Shown here in pieces: positions 25,255 to 35,499 of a DNA stretch of 64,000 nt (the first letter of the stretch is position 1; every line of letters starts with the position of its first letter). A program made the translations under genes and the position numbers. Source of the DNA: Octopus sinensis. Its lineage: Eukaryota. The notes beneath the pieces were generated by a model. The model saw only the letters and a list, made by a program, of their open reading frames with translations, searched no databases and was not told the origin of the DNA. The stretch spans positions 146,878,001 to 146,942,000 of the forward strand of contig NC_042997.1 in the NCBI RefSeq assembly GCF_006345805.1, in the 5' to 3' direction.

Positions 25255-25274
25255 CTTCCAGAATATTCTGGATG
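25255..25274. promoter_or_regulatory. Heat-shock element (cTTCc aGAAt aTTCt gGATg) upstream of CDC37
   Basis: Three perfect alternating nGAAn units plus an imperfect fourth, about 400 bp upstream of the ATG. Also a perfect 16-bp palindrome TCCAGAATATTCTGGA. Confidence 0.6.
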
Positions 25275-25477
25275 GTTTAATGAATGCAGCGGCATTAAAA
25301 CATTCAGTGCGGAATAGTTGTAGGTCTAATACATCCAGTGTACCGTATCTCCTCCCTCTTTCAACGTTGTTATATCATAACGACATTTAATCAGTTGTGA
25401 AACATTACAAGCAAAAACTTCTCTGTTGGTTTAATATTTATTACTGTAACCTTGCTGTTTTTACATATCGAATTATC

Positions 25478-25540
25478 CATCTATCTATCTATCTATATAT
25501 ATATATATATTTACCGGTTATATATATATATATATAACTT
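25478..25540. repeat. Compound (ATCT)n(AT)n microsatellite 120-180 bp upstream of the CDC37 ATG
   Basis: Direct reading. Confidence 0.9.
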
Positions 25541-25661
25541 GTCCGTCGGGAGGAAGTGGAAAAAGGATTCAAAAACAAACAGAACGAAACAAAACAAAAT
25601 TTTTTATCAGTAAAAAAAAAAACTGGTAGAAGAAGAACGCATAAAAAAAGTAACAGACAAA

Positions 25662-25697
25662 ATGAGTATAAACTATAGCAAGTGGGATCATATTGAG
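25662..25697 (+). CDS. CDC37: Hsp90 co-chaperone Cdc37, exon 1 MSINYSKWDHIE
   Basis: ATG, canonical YS.WDHIE N-terminus, GTAAGT donor. Confidence 0.95.
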
Positions 25698-25879
25698 GTA
25701 AGTAAAAAAAAAAGTAAAATATATATATATTTTTGTCACTATGAAGTATCATTACACATAGCGAAGAAAATATCATTGAGTAGCTTCGAACTAGTAAACT
25801 CTTACTGCATGTGTCGAGTAGTAGTAGCTCTATTTTATTTCCTCTTCGTTTGTACTTTCAGACGTGTGTCTCTCGCTTT

Positions 25880-26180
25880 CTGTATGTATTTATATATAGA
25901 CACACGTATATATATATATATGTCTATATATATATATATATATATATATTCACTCACACACGTATATTTATACGCATTACTTACATGCCCGTCTCAAAGT
26001 ACGAGAACAAGTACATGCAGACAACATATACACACGTATCTGTCTGTCTGTATCTATCTATCTATCTATCTATACGTACACACGCACTGCTGTGTGTGTG
26101 TATATATATATTACATGTGTATGTATATATGTGTAGGTATGTATATACAGGTGCATGTATGTGTGTGGTGTGTATATCTC
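25880..26180. repeat. Compound (TA)n/(TG)n/(CA)n/(TCTA)n low-complexity tract at the start of CDC37 intron 1
   Basis: Direct reading; explains the long spurious ORFs 25662-26312 and 25811-26251. Confidence 0.9.
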
Positions 26181-26349
26181 TTCCGAATTTATTTAGCTCT
26201 GCATTTAACCGTATTAATCATATTGTTGGTAGTCGTCATCCTTACAGTTAAAGGAAAAAAAATTCAGAAAAAAAGGGGCTTTGAACCGACTGCTCGGATT
26301 ATAAAAAAATAACCCTTTTCACTCTGTACACATGCATTCCCTTGAATAA

Positions 26350-26680
26350 TGAACGAAACCTCAGTGCGGCTGCTCAGCCTGTTACAAATAGCAACCAAAT
26401 TTTCCTAAATGTCACACCCTCCCCGTCTTCAAGAAGTGGGGAAGGAAACATTAAAACTAGTCTTAGTTTTCCATTCATACGTAAGATGCTTTGTAGGAAT
26501 ATTCCATGCTGTAGATGACAGGAACATCGTTTTATATATCCATGGAAGAATATTTATAGCACATTTGACCTCTGCTGTCCTAAATATCTTAAAAGGATGG
26601 GATGGTCACAGTTGGAATGCATTTGATCGTCTAGGTCTGCCTGTTGGAGCAAAGTTGATCTGGAAGTAAACAACGAAAAA
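26350..26680 (+). mobile_element. SINE/LINE-tail family D (GCCTGCTAGAAATAGCAGCCAAATCT core, (CAA)n-like tail)
   Basis: Reverse-complement fragments recur at about 8935-9020, 9480-9550, 28000-28290, 29250-29570, 29840-29970, 40390-40760 and 50820-51010. Confidence 0.6.
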
Positions 26681-28409
26681 AATCTATCCGAAATTACGCA
26701 CTGGAATTACCAGTTATTTATAGATCAGTGTTGACAGTCAAATTATCTGAGGTCTGTTATAGTTAATTTTGGTTTTTAAATGGATTGAGATCCTTTCAAA
26801 TGTCTGCCATACTCATGAGGTTTTATACGCCAAATTAGTTGGTTAGTGATTGGACTATAATTTGATATTTCTCTTTTAACGATGTTCTCACACTTTTTCT
26901 TCTCGGATTTATTGTTTTTCTTATCTCCTATTTATGTTTGTCAATATTCAGGGTATATTGTTCTTTGAGGGCGGCGGACTTTTTAAGTTCTCAGTTCAGA
27001 CCCCGTAGGACAATCTCATCGTTTTGGGGAGCTGATAAAATGAATGGAGTTCTAGAGGGCAAGTCGGTTAAGGTGATTACACCCCTGCGATGGGCGTACG
27101 TGTGGACTTGTTGCTTAAATCAGAAGTTGACATTTATCTCGATCCAATGTCGTAAATCTTATCCTGGACACCTGACCTATTAAAAGTTGCAAATTTATAT
27201 CAAATCACATCCTACTGTATTTTTTTATTATTACTATTTTTATTTTGAAAAGTAGGACACATTGGATTACGTAGTCCAGCATATACAGGCAACAATTGAT
27301 TGACGACTGGCCGACAAATCACAGGACATTTTGGCCGCAGTCTCCGACGGAGGATCTCGCTATCTGCAGTTCTGCTGGCACTCAAGCTTGTTGCTCTAAA
27401 ATATCCGCTTCCTTATGCGAATACGCGGGCTCCGACTGGCCCATGCCAAACAACAAGCACTTTAATACTAGATTAGATAATTAATATCTATCATGTTTAT
27501 CGAGGGCGGTTAGCTGGCAGAACCGTTAAGTACGCCGGGCGAAATGCTTAGCGATATTTCGCATGCCGTTACGTTCTGAGTTCATATTTTGCCGAAGTCG
27601 ACTTTGCCTTTCATCCTCGATTAAGTACCAGTTACGCACTGGGGTCGGTGTAATTGACTTAATCCCTTTGTATTCCCTTGTTTGTTCCTTCTATTATTTA
27701 CCCCCCTGTGGGCAATAAAGAAATAAATATCTATCATGGTTATCTTGTTCTTAGTCTCTCTCTCTCTCTGAAAGAAAAAAAAATCCAAGTCAACTTAATT
27801 TTACACCATTCCAAGGCTACTCATCCACCATAGAAACGTCTCGAGGAAATTTGACGTTTTTATTATTTCACCATTCATTTTCCCCCACTCGCTGTCTTAG
27901 TAAAGACTATTTAAAGATTTTGTTTCAAATTTTAAAAGTTTTACAATACGTTCAGAAATTTTGCAGTCAATTATTAAAGTCGACAGAAGAATATGGACGT
28001 TGTTGTTTAGCTCCACAACAGGATTTCTCTCCATTCCTCTTCAGTCTAAAGTGTTGTTTAAAGCAGGTTGCAGATTTGGTTGCTGTTTCTTTCTAACAGG
28101 TCGAGCGACTACGTAGAAGTTCGATCTTTTGTTGGCGTACATGTTGTTAACATTGTTGCTTTTTAGCTCCAGATCAGCTGTATATGAACAGACATATCAG
28201 AGGACGGTCCCGCCCTTTTTTTTTTTTTTTTGTTAGAGGTATAGTGCAATTCATGAGATATTTTTAGCAAGTCAAGCAACCACGTGTAGTCCGTCTTGTT
28301 GGTAATATAGATACGTATGGTTATATTGATATGCATATTTATTAGATATGTGTATTTATTAAACTAATCTTCATTTTATATTTATATGTCATCACCAAAA
28401 ATTATTTTT

Positions 28410-28560
28410 CTCTGTGACCAAGGGTTTAGTCTGAAACGTCGAATTCTCGTCTTCCTCACGACATAAATCTTATTCCACTGTATGAATTATTGGTATTACT
28501 TTCTGTCGACGTAAAGCGTCACAAGTTTCTCCAGATTCTGCTCTTTTAATTGGATATACA
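28410..28560 (+). mobile_element. Decayed Penelope-like terminal repeat with a hammerhead remnant
   Basis: GTGACCAA-GGG-tttag-TCT-GAAA-CG-TC resembles CTGACGAA-GGG...CCC-GAAACGTC with about 4 substitutions. Confidence 0.35.
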
Positions 28561-30099
28561 TTTATGTCTGTTATATTTCAGACATTATTACAAGTCAAGA
28601 TTAGGCGGCGAGCTGGCAGAATGGTTAGCATGCCGAGCAAAATACTTAGCGGCATTTCGGTCGATTTTTACGTTCTGAGTTCACATTGCCCCCGAGGTCG
28701 AATTCTCGACGAAGGTAAAGAATACGTACACCTGTTTTATTTTTAGAGTTAAGGTTTTTGTTACGCCGACAACCGATGGTGTACGTATTCTTTACCTCCG
28801 CTGACTTTTCGTTTTATCCCCTGCGGTGTCGATGAAATAAGTACTAGTTGAGTACTGGAGGTGTAATTGACTTACTCCTCCCCCGAAATTTGCTGGCATT
28901 GTACAAAAAATCTGAAATCATTACAAGTCAAGAAGTAAAGGTGGTGATGGAGGGAATACCCGTTTGCATTAACGTTCTAGGTTTCATAGTAACCTTAATA
29001 CTTTACTAGCACGAGGGTAACTTACATGTACAAATTCCTTCCTGAAAGCGTTTGAGCTTTACATTGAATCCACTGAAGTAGACGAAAAAAATGTGACTTG
29101 TGAAGGCACGGGAAGAATTCCGTTCGTTCCACCATTTTGTCATAGTTCTTTCTCAATTTAGGATTCAGGTATTCCTCACTAGCAATAAATATTAGTGATA
29201 ATTATTAAGTACATTTTTGTTCCGATATAATAGGTCCTCCTCTCTCTTCAAGTTATCTTGAAATACAGTAGGGTGTCATTTGAGGGAGGTATTTTAGCTC
29301 TAGTTTTGCAGGCTTGAATATAGCTAACGTTCTCAACTTTGTCGTTTGTTCCCATATTTCAGTTTCTCGAGAAGGAAAACAAAGCGAAACAAAATCATCT
29401 GTTTATAGGTAAACTATGTGTTGTTTAGTCCCAAGTAAAATCGTGATTGAGCTATCCTATGTCTAAAGGCGTTCCAGCTGTAACCATGTCGTCTCTTTTC
29501 TCCCCAGGCATAGCCGAGGGTGTAAGTTTGGGAGCGAGATTTGGTTGCTATTTCTAGCTCGCTCCTTCGTTGTGTATCAATGGGACATTGTTGTTTATAG
29601 TTCCATGCTAGTCAGTCTTTTTACGAGAAAGCCTATGATGAAAGATGGGTAGGTTAGAACCATTCCGTCTATGGAACAACTCTATTTTTATACAAACTCT
29701 GAAGAGTTATTTCTAATTTGTGGGAGACAGTTTGAAACTCGTGTAAATAAATAAATAAATGAAAAATGCTATTTGTTACAGACGCTGATCATAAACTGCT
29801 TTCCACACCATTGAAATAAAAGTCAAGTAGTTCTAGTTTTTTGTTCCTGGTCAGCTATGACCCAGAAGGTCTTTGATGAAAGGCATTCCAGTCATAGTTT
29901 ATTCCGTTTAAAACAACAAAACAAAACTAGACACTGTACTTTTTTTTAGACGGTAGAAGGTAATTTGACGGAGGTGTGTAGTTATATTTTCATGTTGAAC
30001 GACTTATTAGAGACTCCATCGTTAGCACATTGTCCTTGCAATTGTTACGTCTCTCTGACAGCATCCACATCTTTACTGTTGTAGATTTCACGCTCAGAT

Positions 30100-30415
30100 A
30101 TGCTTGGCTACTTGTGTGCAGTTTCGTAGTGTCCAGATGTACTCTCTCCACCGACCAGTTTATTTTCTGTACAGTTGCTGTTGCTCCAGGTCTGCCCAAA
30201 TCGAGCTTCATTTCCAGTCTCTTTCAGTATTTTCAGTAGCATTTTGGGTGTTGTGCAAAGTGCACCAATTATTACAAGAATAATTGTCTTGGCCTTGAGT
30301 GTCCTCAGCTCTCTGGTTAGAACCAGATCTTTCTCAAGTTTTTCAATTTCTTTGCTATCGACTTCGCTATCATAGGAAATTCCAAAATCTATGATCTTAC
30401 ACTCATGGTTACTTA
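30100..30415 (-). mobile_element. Restriction-like endonuclease (RLE) domain fragment of an R2-superfamily (R4/Dong/NeSL-type) non-LTR element
   Basis: Manual translation ECKIIDFGISYDSEVDSKEIEKLEKDLVLTRELRTLKAKTIILVIIGALCTTPK matches the ID...D...KE.EK...L..EL...IVIGALG pattern. Confidence 0.7.
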
Positions 30416-31193
30416 ATGGTGTTCCAGCTGTGATCGTTGCGTTTTTCTTTCAAACAGAACAGGTTGTTATATGGAGAGGCTACTGTTTCAAGCAGATCTA
30501 GCAACCAAGTAGAGTAGACCTCGTTGGTTCGTAGAACAGATTTAAGAGGGGACTAAATCCGATGTTGGTTAGCTGGGCTAAATTTGATCGTGGGTCCTGT
30601 CATTAATAAAATGTGCATCCTCGCACAGAGCTTCTGTTTATTAAAACTATCAATATTTCAATGTGTAATTATTCTTCTGTTAGTCTGGGCTGAATGGCAG
30701 TAATACATTTTTATTATTACACCAGTGAAGGTAGAGTACTGGCAGAGTCGTTAGCACGCCAGGCAAAATGCTTAGCGGCATTTCGTCCATCACTGCCTTC
30801 TGAGTTAAAATTCTGCTGAGGTCGATAAATTAAGTACCAGTGAAACATTGGGGTTGATGTGATCAACTAGTTCCCTCTCTCAAACTTTCAGGCCTTGTGC
30901 ATTTGGAGGAAAGGATTATTATGCTCGTGCATTCTAATTTAGTTAGTAGGTATTTTATCTTGAGGTTTGCTGACAACAATTCTCCTCAAATCTCAAAAAT
31001 CTTTCTTAGGGTTCATGCAGAATATAGGATTTTCAATCTTTTAGGGAGCATTTTGAGTGTTGTGCAAATATATACACACACATACACACATACACACATG
31101 TTGTATAAATATATACACACACACACACGCACACACACATACATACACACACGCACACACACACACACATACATACATATATATATATATATA

Positions 31194-31564
31194 CTAGCAG
31201 TATCGCCCGGCGTTGCTCGGGTTTGTAAGGGAAATAACTATAAAGCATTTTTAGAGAGTTATAGCCAAAAAATGGAAAAAAAATGATGGTAAATTTTTTT
31301 TTAGTTAAAAAGGTCGAGTTGCATCCCCTAGACAGTCTGTGGTTTGTGTTTCTGATTCTCGACCCCATGTCGAATTTATCGATTTTTTTCAGAACTGGGG
31401 GAACTTTTCAAAATTTTCGCTGCGTTAGTTTTGAATTATGACATTGGGCTATGTGTGTGTCAAGTTTCATCAGAATCGGCTGAAAGCCGTGGTCAGGGTG
31501 AGGGTACAACCTAACAGACACACAGAAACACACACAGACAAACTGCCTTTTATATATAGAGAGA
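31194..31564 (-). mobile_element. Non-autonomous Helitron family A, complete
   Basis: Minus strand: A|TCTCTCTATATATAAAAGG ... CCCG-AGCAACGC-CGGG hairpin, 8 nt, CTAG|T; AT target, no TSD. Confidence 0.85.
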
Positions 31565-32083
31565 TTTAAGTGTTGAGTATGTTCACTGCCTATAGCTACA
31601 TGACATTATCCATGGTATTTACACAATTGCTGTTGGATCAGGCTCAGGAATTGCTCAGTGTTTGTTGAGAATATAACAAATCACAGAGACAGAAAACAGA
31701 ATATTTGCATCCATCCTTTGCAGGTGGGATACCGTACAACTGGTTACGGTGCATGCCCCAGTGCAGAAACGTCTCCTCAAGTGATGTTATAAAGGGTATC
31801 TTGTTAAATAAACTTTGCCATGAGGCATAATCATGCTGTCACTTACAACTTGATAACACATACTGTTACTAACAAAATGCTGAGCTAAAACCGAGCACAA
31901 CAGAGTTTATTTAACGAGATAGCCCTTATAACATCACCTGAGGAGATGTGTCGGCACAGAGGGACACACTGCAAACAGGTACAGCATCTCACCTGCCAGG
32001 GATCGCTGCAGGATGGTTCGAAACGATGGTTGTGAGCAATAAAATTTCTCATTTATTTCATTTTCCCTCTCTATCATTTGTTA

Positions 32084-32118
<35 letters not shown>

Positions 32119-32268
32119 CTGTATTTATATATATTTCTCTATTACCCACAATGGGCTAAACATAGAGGGGACAAACAAGGACAGACAAACGGATTAAGCC
32201 GATTATATCGACCCCAGTGCGAAACTGGTACTTAATTTATCGACCGCGAGAGGATGAAAGGCAAAGTG

Positions 32269-32411
32269 TGACCAGAAGGGCTCGATATGAATCACGACTA
32301 TAAGATACCCGGTTAAACTATATTTGGTTAAACTGCACCGCAAAATGTGGGAGTAGTTAGGAATCTAAATCGAAGGAGACAGACACACAACTTGACTTTT
32401 ATATATAAAGA
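32269..32411 (-). mobile_element. Helitron family B, 5' part only (3'-truncated, fused to a SINE B remnant)
   Basis: Nearly identical to 32785-32924; starts TCTTTATATATAAAAG immediately after the CTAG of the next copy. Confidence 0.75.
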
Positions 32412-32924
32412 CTAGCAGTATCGCCCGGCGTTGCTCGGGTTTCTAAGGGAAATAACTATATAAGCATTTTTAGAGAGTTACTTCCCTTATAGATGCCAAT
32501 TCGGGCTTTCTTAGCCATTTCTGTTTTGGTGTCTTCAAGCCATGAAGTTGTTGTTCTAAAAGAACGCTGGTCTCCTTGACAATGCTTTACGACGTTGATT
32601 TCCTTACACTCCCTTCCCCACAGCTTCACGATGGAGGGAAGAAGGGGGAGAAGCAAACAGGTGCAGGTGTGACCATGGACGCCAACTCCGCCGCCATCGA
32701 CACACGAAAAATTATGCATTAAAATGGAATAAAAAATGATGTTAAATTATTTTTAAAATCGTAGACTCATCGTAGACGCGCGCTAATAGCCAGACGGGCT
32801 CGATATGAATCACGACTATAAGATACCTGGTTTTGGTTAAACTGCACCGCAAAATGTGGGAGTAGTTAGGAATCTAAATCGAAGGGGACAGACACTCACA
32901 CAACTACAGTTTTATATATATAGA
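32412..32924 (-). mobile_element. Non-autonomous Helitron family B, complete
   Basis: TCTATATATATAAAAC start; same hairpin-CTAG 3' end as family A; different, GC-richer interior. Confidence 0.82.
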
Positions 32925-33310
32925 CTAGCAGTATCGCCCGGCGTTGCTCAGGTTTGTAAGGGAAATAACTATAAAGCATTTTTAGAGAGTTATAGCCAAA
33001 AAATAGCAAAAAAATAGAAAAAAAATGATGGTAAATTTTTTTTTGAGAGTAAAAAAAGGTTGAGTTGCGTCCCCTAGACAGTCTGTGGTTTATTTTTTTT
33101 GATTCTCGACCCCATGTCGAATTTATCGATTTTTTTCAGAACTGGGGGAACTTTTCAAAATTTTCGCTGCGTTAGTTTTGAATTATGACATTGGGCTATG
33201 TGTGTGTCAAGTTTCATCAGAATCGGTTGAAAGCCGTGGTCAGAGTGAGGGTACAAGCAAACAGACACACAGAAACACGCACAGACAAACTGCCGTTTAT
33301 ATAGAGAGAG

Positions 33311-33311
<1 letters not shown>
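32925..33311 (-). mobile_element. Non-autonomous Helitron family A, second copy
   Basis: Highly similar to 31194-31564; A|TC start at 33311 and CTAG end at 32925. Confidence 0.85.
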
Positions 33312-33361
<50 letters not shown>

Positions 33362-33364
<3 letters not shown>

Positions 33365-35425
33365 CATCATTGTTTAACGTCCGTTTTCCATGCTTGCATG
33401 GGTTGGACGGTTTCACTGGGGACTGGCAAGCCAGGAGGATTCACCAGGCTCCAATCTGATCTGGTAATGTTTCTACAGCTGGATGCCCTTCCAAACGCCA
33501 ACCACTCCGAATGTGTAGTAGATGCTTTTTACGTGCTATCGACACAAGATCCAGTCGGGGCTGGGTGGGGTGGGGGTGGGCTGGCATCAACCACATTTGG
33601 ATAGTGCGTTTTATGTGCCACCGGTTCGAGGAGCCAGTCAGTCGGCACTGGCAACGACCCACGCATGAATGGTGCTTATTGCGTGTCACTAGTACAGGAG
33701 CCAGTCAGGTGGCACTGGCATTGGCCACAGCTACAATTTCCATTTGATTGTGGTTTGTTTTGATTTTACTTGAATCAGTAGGTCTCCTTGAGCATGGCAT
33801 GTTGCCCGACGATTCAGAGGTACTTGTTAAATGGGCTGGTTACATGACACTGGTGTAGGCTATGGCTGTGATCTCACTTTACTTGCCGGGTCTTCTCAGT
33901 CGAGCATATCTCCAGAGGTCTTGGTCTTTCGTCATTTCCTCTGTGAGGCCCATCGTTCGAAGGTCATACTTCATCACCTTATCCCATGTATTCCTGGGTC
34001 TCCTTCTTCCATGGGTTCCTTCCACTGTTAGGGAGCGACACTTCACATACCTCATCCATATGCAGCACATGATCATACCAGTGCAGTCGTCTCTCTTGTA
34101 CACCACATCTGATGCTTCTTATTTTTTTACTGCCCACAAGGGGCTAAACATAGAAGGGATAAACAAGGACAGGCAAAGGGATTAAGTCGATTACATTGAC
34201 CTCAGTGTGTAACTGGTACTTAATTTATTGACCCCGAAAGGATGAAAGGCAAAGTCAACTTAGGCGGAATTTGAACTCAGAACGTAACGGCAGACAAAAT
34301 ACTGCCAAGCATTTTGCTCAGCATGCTAAAGTTTCTGCCAGCTCGCTGCCACAACTGATGCTTATGTCCAACATTTCTCTCTGGGTGCTTACACTCTGTC
34401 ATGTGTGCACACTGACATTACACATTCAGCAGATCATGCTAGCTTCATTTCTTTCAAGCCTACGCATGTCCTCTGCAGTCACGGCCCATATTTCACTGCT
34501 GTGAAGCATGGCAGTTTGCACACATGCATCATACAATCTACCTTTCACTCTGAGCGAGAGGCCTTTTGTCACCAGTAGAGGTAGGAGCTTTCTCAGCATT
34601 GCCCAGGCTATTCTTATTCTAGTGGCAATGCTCTCTAAGCATCCACCCCCACTACAGATTTGGGCACCCAGGTAGCAGAAGCTATCACCTACTTCTAGTT
34701 TCTTCCCCTGGCATGTGATGGAATCAGTTTTCTGAGCATCCTTGATGTGTATTACCCTGCCTCTGTGCATCTGCCGCACACAAAAGCTATCTTCCCGGTT
34801 AACCTTCCTTTGATGTTACTGCACCTCTTACGCATCCATAGCTTACAGTATGTACATCTTACAGAGTTTTTACCTACACCTTTTCTACAGATTGAGCAGG
34901 GCCATCTACCTGAAGGGGTTTGAGATGTGTTCGCCTTTCTACTTAATAGTACTTTGGTTTTTGCAACGTCGCCTCTAAGGCCTTTCGATTCTAAACCTTG
35001 CTTCCACACCTGAAATTTCTTCTAGTTTTGGTAGTGATTCCACTATGACAGCAAGGTCATCAGCATAGAGGAGCTCCCAGGGGCAACCTGTCTTGAATTC
35101 CTCTGTTATTGTCTGAAGGATTATGATGAGGGCTGATCCTTAGTGAACTCTGACTTCTACCCGGAATTCTTCACTATACTCAGTGCCGACCCTTACTTAC
35201 TAATGGCATCCCTGTGCAGCTCTTATTAAGCACTCGCCAATCCCCAATTTCTGCATCGCCCACCAGATAAGGGATCAGGGAACCCTGTCAAGGGCTTTCT
35301 CCAAATCAACAAAAGCCAAGAACAGGGGTTTATCTTTAACTAGGTGTTTCTCCTGCAGTTGCAGTACCAGGAATATAGCATTAGTAGGGCTTCTAAATGG
35401 CACAAAACCAAACTGCAGACCTTTT
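33362..35425 (-). mobile_element. RTE-clade LINE copy 1 (RT, PHD finger, thumb, 3' UTR), decayed and interrupted by a SINE
   Basis: ELLYADDL, CSIC..CTYC..KRC..CGRC, FCYLG, GTHGRRRPRNTWDKV; (GAT)n tail at about 33362. Confidence 0.9.
34118..34348 (-). mobile_element. SINE family B nested in RTE copy 1, 15-bp TSD
   Basis: CCACATCTGATGCTT (34103-34117) / CCACAACTGATGCTT (34349-34363); a single copy of the site is present in RTE copy 2. Confidence 0.85.
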
Positions 35426-35499
35426 CCCTAGTTAGTTGTGCTATGACCCTCTCCGTGAGCTTCATCACATATACATATATATACATACATACATACATA

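Noticed and set aside
25662-26312. 216-aa ORF as a single-exon gene
   Set aside because: Only the first 12 codons are CDC37; the rest is read-through past a GTAAGT donor into microsatellite.
27250-27460. CpG-rich patch as an alternative exon or CR1 fragment
   Set aside because: All three minus frames contain stops and the similarity to CR1 is too vague to call.
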